A stretch of DNA of 63,677 nucleotides, counting the filler, from Octopus bimaculoides (Eukaryota), in NCBI RefSeq assembly GCF_001194135.2. It is 5 parts of 5 records of this genome, joined end to end, with 100 filler letters (N's around TTAATTAATTAA, not from the genome) between each part and the next. Parts side by side here need not be neighbours in the genome. Positions count along the whole stretch, not along the records: positions 28,270 to 43,869 come from NC_068991.1; positions 43,970 to 58,072 come from NC_068983.1; 3 more parts are not named here. One strand, given 5' to 3'. Each line of letters opens with the position of its first letter. Position 1 is the first letter of the stretch. Position numbers and translations under genes: made by a program. The notes under the pieces were generated by a model. That model was not told the DNA's origin. It saw only the letters and a list, made by a program, of their open reading frames with translations, and ran no database searches. Below, piece by piece: positions 39,560 through 51,544 of the stretch.

Positions 39560-39658
39560 CAGACTGGTCAGAGTAAAGATTTGGACAGAAAGGGACACGA
39601 CGGACACTTCATGGTCGTGGTCATCTTGTAAAAAGTCTTCCATCAGTTGAGAATATTT
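39560..39658 (-). CDS. UBR1/UBR2: UBR1/UBR2 internal exon, duplicated-exon variant A (99 nt, phase 0/0): KYSQLMEDFLQDDHDHEVSVVSLSVQIFTLTSL
   Basis: Acceptor atttccacag|AAA, donor CTG|gtatgt. Translation matches my recollection of the conserved UBR1 segment [33 protein letters not shown]. Confidence 0.93.
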
Positions 39659-40937
39659 CTGTGGAAATATAGCACAGTAACATTTCATTGACCCAAACAC
39701 GGCCAACCAGACAGTTAATTTGAAGAGAACAAAAGGGGCAAAGAGAATAACTGTATTGATTTGTCAGGAAAAGAAATCAAAGTGGAAAAAGAAATTGAGG
39801 GACACCAATGACTTGGCTGGAATTTAGAACAGTTTTTATTATTAAAAAAATATAAAATAAAAAAATAAAATGGAACAGATCAATATACAATTATATATAG
39901 TTTAAATTTCAGATCAGGGAGAAATGAGCCAATATATGTGTGTCTACACCAAATTTAGAGGAATTATATAATACAATATTGTAGTAAACATTAAAAACTA
40001 ATGCTAGCAATTTTTAGTAGATTTAGAGCTGCCTAATTTTTAACAGACTATCAAACTTTTGGCAATAGTCTTATCTACAACTCAATCAATACAATTCTTG
40101 TTCTATCTATTATTCAAAAATACTGTATTCTAGTACAAAATAATGAAGTTAATAAATAGTTTATTACTGGTTGAGTTGATAAACTAGAAATGAATTAAAA
40201 GCAACAGACATGAATTTTAAAATGTGATTGGGGAAATGTTCCTTCTTCAAGATTTTCTCACTATTTATATCTTTTACGACAGACTCACTTATTCTATGTT
40301 ATGCTCTGAACGTTCTGTTACACAAGTTAACTTCAGCAGAGCATCACATTCACTTAACTTGATTCACCAACTGAGACATTGTTTTAGTATTATTTCACAC
40401 TGAACATTCCACTATTAACTAAAAGTTAACAAAGAATGAATTTCTTTAAACTGAGATTTTGCTGTAAGAAATAATTGTGATCTACCAATTACTACACATT
40501 TCATCTTAGGTTTTCTTTATCCTAAAATGGCAGTACAATAAATTTAATCTTGATTTTTGTTTTTTTTACAACAATGTTTTTAAGGTGTCTTGAACCATTA
40601 CTAATTTTATCAGAATAATTATCACCACCATCATCATCAACATCTGCCTTCTATACTGGCAAGGATGGGACTAATTATAAATTTACTAAATAAGCAACTA
40701 ATTAAATTAAACAGTTTTGTAAAGTATTTTCCTGTCCTGTATTTGTAATAATTAAGTAAACGACATAATCATGAGGAATAGTTTAATATATTTCAGCACT
40801 ATCCCCATTAAAGATGCCAGCATTTCTACTAAACTTAAAGGAAACCCCTGCTAAAAATATCTAAGGAGACATAGTGGGGGAAAAAGTAAGATTCTCACAT
40901 TTACTCTATAAAAATTCAACCACTTAACCTAGTATTT

Positions 40938-41320
40938 ATCTTTTACTTGTTTCAGTCATTAGACTGTGGCCATGCTGGGGCACCACCTTGAAGAACTTTT
41001 AGTTAAATGAATCAACCCCAGGACTTATTTTTTTTTCTCTTTTAAGCCTGGTACTTGTTCTTTCAATCTCTTTTGCTGAACTGCTAAGTTACAGGAACAT
41101 AACCACACCGAAACTGGTTGTCAAGCAGTGGTGGGGGTGGTGACATCACACACACACACACACACAATGGGCTTCTTTCTTTTTCCATCTACAAAAGCCA
41201 TTCATAAGGTTTTGATCGGCCCAAGATTATAGTAAAAGACACTTACCCAAGGTACCACACAGTGAGACTGAACCGAGAACCATGTGGTTGGGTAACAAGC
41301 TTCTTACCACAAAGACACAC
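40938..41320 (-). mobile_element. SINE family A, full-length, intronic in UBR
   Basis: Matches the 54302 copy in reverse, with a central (CA)n. Confidence 0.85.
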
Positions 41321-41489
41321 CCAGCACAATTATTATTATTATAATGAATTTTATAAATGAACGTTTAAAATAGGCAACTAGATTCACAGCATTAGGTAAA
41401 AAGACATTAAGACCATTATTAATTTATCAATCAGGTAATCTCCCAACAAGCTAAATTTATGACAAATAGTTTTTTCTATTAATATCCTT

Positions 41490-42040
41490 TTCTACTCTAG
41501 ACACAAAGCCTGAAATTTTGGGGGAGGGGGCCAGTCAATTAGACTAACCCCAGTTCACAACTGGTACTTAATTTATTGACTTCGAAAGGATGAAAGGCAA
41601 AGTCAACCTCAGCTGAATTTGAACTCAGAACGTAGAGACAGACGAAATATTGCTAAGCATTTCGCCAGGTGTGCTAACGTTTCTGCCAGCCTGCTGCCTT
41701 ATTTTACTATTCATATCAAACAAGCTGTAGACCTATCTTTTCTTCAGAAAAATGCTTATTTGAAGATAAATTACTCTTACTCACCACTATTTCATGATCT
41801 ACCATCTGAAGAACAGGTTTAGCACCGTTTTAATATTGGTTTCAAATTTTGACACAAGGCCAGCAATTCTTTTTTTTTGGGGGGGAGGGTATAAGTTAAT
41901 TACGTTGTCCCCAGTGATTATTTGGTACTTATTTTATCGACCCCCAGGCAAAATTGACTTCAGTGGAATTTGAACTCAGATGGATGAAATGACACTAAGC
42001 ATTTTGGCCGGCATGCTAATGATTCTGCTAGCTCACCACC
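41490..42040 (-). mobile_element. Two family B SINEs (41490-41700 and 41835-42040)
   Basis: The reverse core and head are recognisable in both. Confidence 0.8.
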
Positions 42041-42119
42041 ATCATCATCATCATTTTTAATATTAATTCATATCCATGCAGGTACAGGAACAAATTAGCG
42101 TTTATTAATGTTTACAATA

Positions 42120-42340
42120 CGGCAGAATGACAAGGCATCATTCCCCTCAGGCTTATGTCAGCTTGTGTACGATGAGTCACATACACAGATCAAACGTCAA
42201 TCTGATTGTCCTCTTCCTATGGACACCTTCCCACTGTCAGTGCACAGCAATCTTTCTTGCAGATCAGAGAAATTGCCTCTCCAGCACATTCAGCTTACAT
42301 GTGCCCACCCAGCCACATCTCGACTAATTTTGCATCCTTT
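42120..42340 (-). mobile_element. Highly degraded RTE LINE 3' coding remnant (tentative)
   Basis: W-A-H-V-S-*-M (LRWFGHVxRM-like) followed by a GRGRP-like stretch. Confidence 0.3.
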
Positions 42341-42574
42341 CATATAAATTCATTTTTCACAAATAGAAAGGGATGCTTATCTCATTTCTCTCTACAGATC
42401 ATCTCTATTCAAAGATACTGACTTGTGTAGCCTCATTCTCTCTACACATGTATCATACAATCCATCTTTTATGTGGAGAGAGAGAGAGGTGGGGTATTCT
42501 GTTGCTGGAAGTATTTCCTGAATTTCTTCCAACTGGCTGTTTTTTTTTTTTCCTTCCTTACTCCAATTGCAAAA

Positions 42575-42900
42575 CTTTCACTACAACCACACCCGTCATT
42601 AACTAAGCTGCCTTAGGTAATAGAAACTGCCTAGTATTATCATGCAGTTTCAANNNNNNNNNNNNNNNNNNNNNNNNNNNNNNNNNNNNNNNNNNNNNNN
42701 NNNNNNNNNNNNNNNNNNNNNNNNNNNNNNNNNNNNNNNNNNNNNNNNNNCTTTCACTACAACCACACCCGTCATTAACTAAGCTGCCTTAGGTAATAGA
42801 AACTGCCTAGTATTATCATGCAGTTTCACTACAACCACACCCGTCATTAACTAAGCTGCCTTAGGTAATAGAAACTGCCTAGTATTATCATGCAGTTTCA
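42575..42900. repeat. 72-bp tandem repeat across a gap
   Basis: Unit tttcactacaaccacacccgtcattaactaagctgccttaggtaatagaaactgcctagtattatcatgcag: one copy before the gap and two after. Confidence 0.9.
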
Positions 42901-43327
42901 ATATTGTTGGAAACAAAACCTGAATGATAAAAGTTAGCAGTGTAAAGTTCTCAGAGGGTTTATGACAACAAAACAGAAATAGGTAGACTTTTTAAAAACT
43001 TATGTGAGAATCAACATCAAAGGCACTGAGTGATCTGGTGATATGGACATTGGAATGTAAATGAGTGATGATAGCTGAAGGTTAACAAGGTGCCCTTAAT
43101 TCATAGTAGAAGACACCAGTGTAGGAGTAAGGAGGCTTGAGAAGCGTTGGAAGTTCAGATCAGGTCTGAGATAGTGAGATCCTACAAATGAGATTACACA
43201 GAAAATATAAAGGAAGGCTTTATTGCTGATATTTAAAGCATGTTTCTCATGGGAAGAAGGTTTGTTGTGAAAAGTGAAACAGAGGAGGTAAACTGTCATG
43301 TTTAATAGCAATTTGTCATCATCTTAA

Positions 43328-43530
43328 ACCTTTCAGTATTCATCTCAAATATAATGCTTATTTATTCACGTGGTTCTGAATTAATCTTGCATTATCTTGT
43401 AGCTCTAAAGATTCAATGATGTGATTGTTTATCTTTTGAATGACATTGTAAGGTAGGTGTCAGAGGTCAATTTGAACATAAAACAGGTGGAGTATTTTGG
43501 CCAGATATCACCAACTTAAATGCTTAAGAG
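43328..43530. mobile_element. Degenerate piggyBac-type MITE (tentative)
   Basis: Decayed TTAA-CCCTTT...AAAGGG-TTAA-like ends. The body resembles a repeat I recall from octopus DNA; not verified. Confidence 0.3.
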
Positions 43531-43969
43531 CTAAGATGGTTTTAAACTTCTCTAGCATCATGATGAAGAAAGAAGAATTATATGAATGTAAACTATATTG
43601 TCTTCAGATTAATAAAGTGGAACAGGAGGCCAAAAAACCTGTTTGTACTAATACAAGCACACAAGTGTGGCTGTATGCTATGAAGCTTGCTTCCCAACCA
43701 ATGGTTTCTGGTTCAGTCTCAATGTGTATGAAACAAGTAAAAACGATTATCTGGAGGAAGTGGAGATATTTGTTAGTTTGGTAGGCACTGATTAAAATAA
43801 AGATGATGATGATGCACAGCAAGTTCAACTGCAGCCTACAGAAGCATCTCCTCTTTGCTCCTCTTAATGNNNNNNNNNNNNNNNNNNNNNNNNNNNNNNN
43901 NNNNNNNNNNNNNTTAATTAATTAANNNNNNNNNNNNNNNNNNNNNNNNNNNNNNNNNNNNNNNNNNNN

Positions 43970-44310
43970 GTTGCGGGAACCGAAGCCATAGCCTCCATGT
44001 ATGCCATGGAAGCCTCCAGCACGACGTCCGACATGACCATTGAAGTCACCAGCCACAAAGAGAAGGTCTCTGTCTCTTGTCGACGAGGTAGTTTGCAAGA
44101 GGGTGTCATAGAATTGGTCTTTCAGCCCATCTGGGAGCCCCGGTTGAGGGGCATAGGCTGAGATGACAGTAGCTAGCCTATGATGAAGCACTAGTCTAAT
44201 CTTAAGTACTCTGTCACATACTCTAACTACCTCGATTACCTTATCAACCCATTTCTCTGCTAGAAGTATTCCTACGCCCCCGACTCCATCAGTGTTCCCT
44301 GCCCAACAGT
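43970..44310 (-). mobile_element. RTE-clade LINE, apurinic-like endonuclease fragment
   Basis: Stop-free frame WAGNTDGVGGVGILLAEKWVDKVIEVVRVCDRVLKIRLVLHHRLATVISAYAPQ...LFVAGDFNGHVG. SAYAP and GDFNGHVG are APE-domain motifs. Runs into a scaffold gap. Confidence 0.92.
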
Positions 44311-45241
44311 AATATTACAACAACTAAAGCAGCAAATTAGCAGGGACATTAGAAATTCAGGGTCGGAAAAATTCTTTTGTAGTTTTGTTCTGATTAACAC
44401 TCTGCCCTTAAAATTACTGATGAGCCTAAATTTAAAAAAAGATGGGGGGAAACTGGCAGAATTGTTGACCAGCAGGAAAATGTTTGGTGCTACTTTACTG
44501 TGCAATCCACTGCAGTATCTGTAGACTACGCTGCGAAATAATCTGACTTGGGTTAAGTTTGGGTTTAGGGTTTGGTGATATCTGTATGGTTAAGATTTAA
44601 AGTTATGGTTTGACCACACACTAGTGGCATCTAAATACTTTGTGATAATTTTTCTGCTCTTTATATTCTGAGTTCAAATCCCATTAAGACCCATTTTACC
44701 TTTTATCCTTTCGGGGTTTTAAAATAAATAAAATAACAGTTAAATACTGGAGTCAAGTTTTCTAAAGGAATGCGTGTGACAATGAAATCTGAATTTAAAT
44801 GGGTTTCAGATCATACTCTCTTAAAATTTAGAGTTTTTTCTTTTTTTTTTGTAGTAACTATACATTGATACACTATATTGTTTACTACAGTCGAAGTTTA
44901 CTGAATAGCTGAATGGTTAAGAAACACAATCATGAAGCTTCAGTTTCAATCTCATTGCATGTCATCTTGATAAGCTTTCTATAATCTCGAATTAACCCGT
45001 ACTTTGTGAGTGAAGCTTGGTAGACCACATTTGTGTATAGGATCATCAGGTGGTCTTCACCTGTAATTGGAAAAACATATATCACTCTGTGTCATGTTAA
45101 TTCTGCCTGAATAAGTATGTTAAGTATATGTGTCTGTGAAATACTCAGCTACTTACATGTTAAATCAGGGGCAGGTAATTTAGTGGATTAAACAACCAAA
45201 TCCTCATCATCTTTTTACTACCATCAACACTATAATACATA

Positions 45242-45908
45242 CAGGAACAGGATATATCAACCAAATACCTGATGCACAAAATGGACAGAGATGCAGGAAA
45301 AGCAGTAAAATGTGACAACCAATGCAAACTTGTGGGGTTAACACCAAAGATATCACCTACATCACAAGCAGTTGTCCAAAAATGTCATTATGGTTTTATC
45401 TACCGATGAGACATGATGTTGTAGCTAGGACACTCTATAAGGAAGTCCATCAAAAGGATAACCCCAAGAATAAAGAAATAAGAACCCACAATATGGTAGA
45501 AGCCATAACTACTCATAATAAAAAGGAATACTGGTGGAATGTCCCAATGAAGACCCCAATAAAATGTAAGCACAACAGACCTGATTTGGGATAGAGAAGA
45601 GAAACTATGTACTGTTGGGGAAATCAGCTGCCCAGCGGATCTTAACATAAAGCCAAAGATTAATGAAGAAGAGAATACCTCTGTTGAATTATTGAGAAAT
45701 CTGAAGTTACTCTATCCAGGTTACAAGTGCTGGTTTATACCTGTGATTATTGAGGTACTGAAATATGCAACACACTGCCTAAATACCAATCTTGAGAAAC
45801 TGGGCTTCTCAAAACCAGAAACGAGAAAGCTAATTCGAAGACTACAGATCCAATCCCTCACTGGGACTGTAAAAATCTGTAGAACTTTCCAGAAGTTTAT
45901 CTTTTAAG
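45242..45908 (+). mobile_element. R4/Dong-like non-LTR retrotransposon 3' fragment (CCHC knuckle plus restriction-like endonuclease), frameshifted
   Basis: QEQDISTKY...CDNQCKL(C)G...ITSSC...RHDVVAR...WWNVPMKTPIKCKHNRPDL...EISCPADLN...FIPVIIEVL: the RHD, NRPD and D/E-x-x-x-P pattern of RLE elements. Confidence 0.85.
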
Positions 45909-46196
45909 TATATATGAGTATGTCTAGATATGCAACTATATGCATGAGAAGACATACATAAAACAAAACATACAAATCTGCACGTATACATACATACATA
46001 CATACATACATACATACATACACACATACATACACACATACTTACATACTCTGTTGATATTGAAATTCCAATGAAGGAGTCTTGGATCTTTGTTACAAAC
46101 CAGCTCTTTCTCTATTGGCAGGAAATCTTGAAATAAAACTGCATAATGAGATACATATATGCATGCATACATGTATAGATGGTAATAAAAATGGGC

Positions 46197-46760
46197 TGAG
46201 GAGGAGTGGCTGTATGGTAAGTAGTTTGCTTACCAACCACATGGTTCTGGGTTCAGTCCCACTGCAGGGCACCTTGGGCAAGTGTCTTCTACTATAGCTT
46301 CGGGCCGACCAAAGCCTTGTGAGTGGATTTGGTAGACAGAAACTGAAAGAAGACCATCGTGTCTATGTATATGTATATATATATATANNNNNNNNNNNNN
46401 NNNNNNNNNNNNNNNNNNNNNNNNNNNNNNNNNNNNNNNNNNNNNNNNNNNNNNNNNNNNNNNNNNNNNNNNNNNNNNNNNNNNNNNNNNNNNNNNNNNN
46501 NNNNNNNNNNNNNNNNNNNNNNNNNNNNNNNNNNNNNNNNNNNNNNNNNNNNNNNNNNNNNNNNNNNNNNNNNNNNNNNNNNNNNNNNNNNNNNNNNNNN
46601 NNNNNNNNNNNNNNNNNNNNNNNNNNNNNNNNNNNNNNNNNNNNNNNNNNNNNNNNNNNNNNNNNNNNNNNNNNNNNNNNNNNNNNNNNNNNNNNNNNNN
46701 NNNNNNNNNNNNNNNNNNNNNNNNNNNNNNNNNNNNNNNNNNNNNNNNNNNNNNNNNNNN

Positions 46761-46821
<61 letters not shown>

Positions 46822-47030
46822 ATATGTTTGTATATCTGTGTTTGTCCCCCCAACATCGCTTGACAACCGATGCTGGTGTATTTACGTCCCCGTAACTTAG
46901 TTGTTTGGCAAAAGAGACCAATAGAGTAAGTACTAGACTTGCAAAGAATAAGTCCTGAGGTTGATTTGCTCGACTAAAGGTGATGCTCCAGCATGGCCAC
47001 AATCAAATGACTGAAACAAGTAAAAGAGTA
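46197..47030 (+). mobile_element. SINE family A, central (TA)n expanded into a gap
   Basis: Head at ~46200, tail at ~47030. Confidence 0.85.
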
Positions 47031-48959
47031 AAAACAAAAAAAGTTGTTTCAGACGTGATTTTTATTGAACAAATCAATTACATCCTGTAAAAAAAAAATC
47101 CATTTTCTTCAGGTGAATTAAAATAGAATAAAATGTGACATTTAGGATTTTGGGCAAGTGTCTTCTACTATAGCTTCTCGATGCCAATATATATACATGT
47201 ATGTATATGTATGATATGTGTAAGTATGTGTGAATGTGAATTTGTATAAATGTGTGTGGATGAAAAAAGCGAATTTTTTGACTTCAGCACATTGTTGATG
47301 TTTGGCCTCCTAAATAGGCATGGTATGATTTGTTACAAAAATTTTATTAGATTTGTAGTAGCTTCATGCAGGCATGGCGTGGATTCAATCATCGATTGCC
47401 AAGAAAACATCTGGTAAATGTAACTACTGTCACTCACAGAAAAGCTATTGTTTTACCGTGAGAAAAGTGTTATTGAACTGTTAAGTGAAATTTGGTGATC
47501 GAGGATCGAATCCATGCTATACCTGCACAAAGCCACTACAGATTCAATAACATGTTTAATCTTTTCAGTTTTCCTTTTTATTTTCTTCTGTTTTCATGTT
47601 TATTAATTTTTTCATTTCTTTTCTTTGTTTTATTGAGGGTTAAACAATTTTTTTAGTTGGGGGAGATAACCACAAGTACCGATATTTTTCATAAAACGGG
47701 GGAGATAACCCAATTTTTATGAAAAATAGATAACCAAAAAGTACCAAAGACAGGAATATTTACAGACCAAATTGTTATGATAAATGGAAGCTCTCATTTC
47801 AAACGTGATCATCACCAAGAGATGGCTATTCAACAATTCTTTTTAGATTGTTTTATTATGATTATATCAGAAGGCTGTGGGTTCTCTGAGGTTTGGAAGC
47901 TGTCTAAAAGTAATATTTTCCAACGATGGCAACTCACGAATATTGCGGTCCCCGTTGAAGTGATCACTTGATGTTTTGATACTCAGAAATTTTATACAGC
48001 TATCTCTAAACCCCTTCTCCTGAAATCTCTAGACTCCAGGAATAATTTACTGACATTAGCAATATAAACTCTAAAATTTTGATAAACATCGTAAAGATGC
48101 TCTTAAATGATGAAGTCTGTCATTGCACTTAAAATATGAGTGACCCTTTGGTTGACATTTCTGTTGAAATCTCTGACAAACTATAGTTTCCATCTTGGTG
48201 AGATTCTTGACCCTAACGCATTCAGAAGGCATATTTCTCCTTATAACTACAAATTCTACTGAGATGATGGTTTAACTGTTCCAAATAACATTGGTGGCTA
48301 CAATGTGGATAGATTTAGAAAGAAATGAAAAGAATTATTCAAGTAATTTGATTTTTATATAACATCAATACAAAGATAAACTTCTTATGTTTTATTCTTT
48401 ACGTGTTTCAGTGATTAAGCTACAACCATTCTGGGGCACCGACTTGAAGAATTTTAATCAGAAGAATTTACTCTTTTACCAAACTGCTGTGTTATGGGGA
48501 CATAAACACACCAACACACACACACATACAATGGACTTGTTTCAGTTTCCATCTACTAAATCCACTTCAAAGGCTTTGGTCTGCCCTAGACAGTAATAGA
48601 AGGCACTTGCCCAGGGTGCCATGCAATGGGACTGAATGCAGAACTTTGTAGTTGGGAAGCAAATTTCTTACCACACAGCTACAGCAAAATCCCATCAGAA
48701 ATCCAAACAAGATCATGTGTATATATATATATATATATATATATGATGTCCACAAAATTCCAAACCATACTCAGCCATAATTGAGAATCTGCAGGTGCAG
48801 TAAGTAAGAGGGTCTTTTACTTATCCTCAAAGACATCTATCATGTAGCCTCCATCATCTGTAACAATGCACTAGCCATAAATCGTTTTAGTGAGTCGCTA
48901 GCATACCAAAAACAATGGTCTTATCATATATAAACAAGGAAGGTAACCTGGTTTAATCG

Positions 48960-50060
48960 CTCTTTTAGCATGAACAGCCTAGAAAATTCTAGGCCTAGTA
49001 AATCAAGATTCCCCAATAAGACATGCAAATATAAGAAATTCTTCAGAACTAATAACGTTAAAGTCAGCTATTCTTATCTGGTTAACCTCACACCCCAGAT
49101 TACACAACAGAGCTGTAAAAACATATCAAGCAACCTTCATCACAAAAGCAAAGATATAAATTCAAAAATTATTCAATGGACCTAAAATTGCAGGATTTAT
49201 CAAAAACATATTAAAATAGTGATATCACTTAACTGAAGACCTAAGATATTATTGAACATACTTCGAACAGATTTGAACAGCTTACCAGATGTAAACTAAG
49301 GGTGTATATGATCCTAATATTACAGTAAAAATCCTAACAGAAGAAGTTGACGTTGATAAACGAAATTAACAAGCAGTGGCAAGATGTTAAAGATGATACA
49401 TGCCACATACACAACACATGCTTATGCACACACAGACATACACACACACTATAAGAATTCCTCATGGAGTCTGTCAGGCATGTAACAACAAGACTAAAGA
49501 TTATCTTCACTTCACAGAGTAGCAGCAATATTCTAAACAAACTGATGGTCTTTGGCTCCTCCTACTTGAATACTCACCCACTTCCTATATATATCTTCAT
49601 TACTCTATCTCTCCTCCGGATCTTCTTTAGGATCTTTCAGAGCCTGTGGAGCACACTTAGGCAGGTTTTGTACACCTTGTAAGGTACCGCACTTCTGACA
49701 AGGACCACATCACTGTTGCAGCTGAAAGGTTCAGACTAGAAGAGAAGAGAAGTAGAAAAAAAAAAGAACTTTCCTATATTAAGAGTAACAGACTTAGCAA
49801 AATCCATCTACTTGGGTGAGAGATTAAAAACTTGAAACATCAGCTCGAGGGGTTGAGGGAAGAGGAGAGGAGTGAACCTCTAGTGAACCCTTGGACTATT
49901 TTCAACTTTGTTGACAAAAAGGAAACACACAGCTAGCAAGCCATATCTGGAACTTGAAAGATAGCAGTATCTACTGGCCGTCAAGTGGGGCATCATTGAG
50001 AGATCTAGGCCTTACATTATTGTGTCAAAGAATGCAGACTGTGTGTACTCATCAAATTGG
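48960..50060 (+). mobile_element. Penelope-like element fragments, interrupted and degraded
   Basis: KFFRTNNVKVSYSYLVNL (KIFNRNTVKVSYSC-like) near 49030; TQLASHIWNLKD and VKWGIIERSRPY near 49925-50020. Confidence 0.7.
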
Positions 50061-50319
50061 CTGCACTACTTCCTGGATTAGACAGTTTAACAAATTTTAG
50101 TCTCCCACCCTCAATCAATGACTTCCCCACAAGGCTTATATATATATGTGTATATGTATCAACGCATCAAATATATATGTTAGCATATATTTATAGTGTA
50201 TATATTTACTCATATTTAAAATTTCTATGTGTATCTATTATTTATATAAGAGTGGCTATCGGCACAGGAGTGGCAGTGTGCTTGCTTACCAACTACATGG
50301 TTCTGGAACACAATCAGTT

Positions 50320-51260
50320 TCCTCTTGACAATGCATTCCATGACTTTACTGACATGGGAGTTAAAGCAATAGGCTTATGATTTTTAGTATCTGCTCTGCT
50401 ATCTGCATTATGGACAGGATATATTGCACCTTCCTTTAACTTTTTGAAAAGTCTCCCAGTTGTGAAGAAGCTTTGGAAAAAGATCTGTAGTAGTCTTGCT
50501 GGAGCCTCATTGCATTTCTTTAGGAGGATTGCTGGGAATCCATCAGGACCTGTGACCCAGTTTACACTCATTATATCAGTGGCTGATATTACATCAGTTT
50601 CCTCTTTTTTGATGTTTGTCAATAATTCCCATCTCTTTGCCTAGAGCTGTGGTGCCAAACAACTCATCTGATATAGTTATACGCAAGTGTCCCAACGGAG
50701 TTGTGAAAATGCTTTTGTATTGCACATTCAGTATTTCACTTATCCTCTGGGGATCTGCAATCAGTGAGCCATTTTCTTTGATCAGCAGTCCTATCTTTCA
50801 CCTTGCTGAAGCAGACTCTTTCGCAAATCTATAAAAGGCTTTAGGGTTTGTCTTTACATTTTTACAACCCTGGCGCCCTCCTCTGCCCTCACCTTATTAT
50901 GGGAGTAGTTGATTTCATTTTCAATCTCAAGCAGTGTTTGTTTGAAATAGGACTTGTCACCATCCTTTGGTGGTCCACATAAACAGTATATGCATGTAAA
51001 GCAAGTCTGTGTATTCTTTCCAAAGCTATTTGTAACCATTTTGAAAATATGATGAGTAGACTTACAGATTTAGTGTATATCCACACATACACATGAAAGA
51101 GAATGGTTGGTAGGCAGTTGAACTTAGCTAAACTAAGATCCACCAGGAAGAAATGTAAATGGGTCTTTAACATCATTTCACTATGATGATTCACCAATGG
51201 CTCAATTCCTGAGAGACATCTGGGAAAGTGCTTATCGTTTGAATATACACTAACGAACAA
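50320..51260 (-). mobile_element. CR1/L2-group LINE fragment (endonuclease end, tether, start of RT), degraded
   Basis: CIYCLCGPP (IYRPP-like), KTNPKAFYRFAK, TGPDGFPAILLKKC, GAIYPVHNADSRADTKNHKPIALT (YRPISLT-like) across several frames. Confidence 0.8.
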
Positions 51261-51544
51261 GCAAACACAAATATAAAGTTGATATTCTTCCTATTTCTTT
51301 CACATTCTTAGTGTGTTTAGTTTTTTTTATTAAAGGCTATAACTAAAATATACAAAAAAACACAACTCTTCTGTTCTTTTATCTTTTGAATTTCCTTGTA
51401 CTTACCCAAAAATTCTAGGAAAACACAAATAGCAATGGGGTAAATACAAAGAAATACAAAAGATAAAGAGGTTCTATATACCAACAAGATAAGGATATAA
51501 TCATGAAATGATATATATAGATATATATGTAAACTTTATATATA

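Noticed and set aside
44415-44465. CTGATGAG...GAAAC hammerhead-like motif
   Set aside because: The GAAAC belongs to a family B SINE head. There is no GUH site or stem I.
47340-47560. AWRGFNHRL, reminiscent of a MULE transposase motif
   Set aside because: A single short motif with multiple stops is not enough to call.
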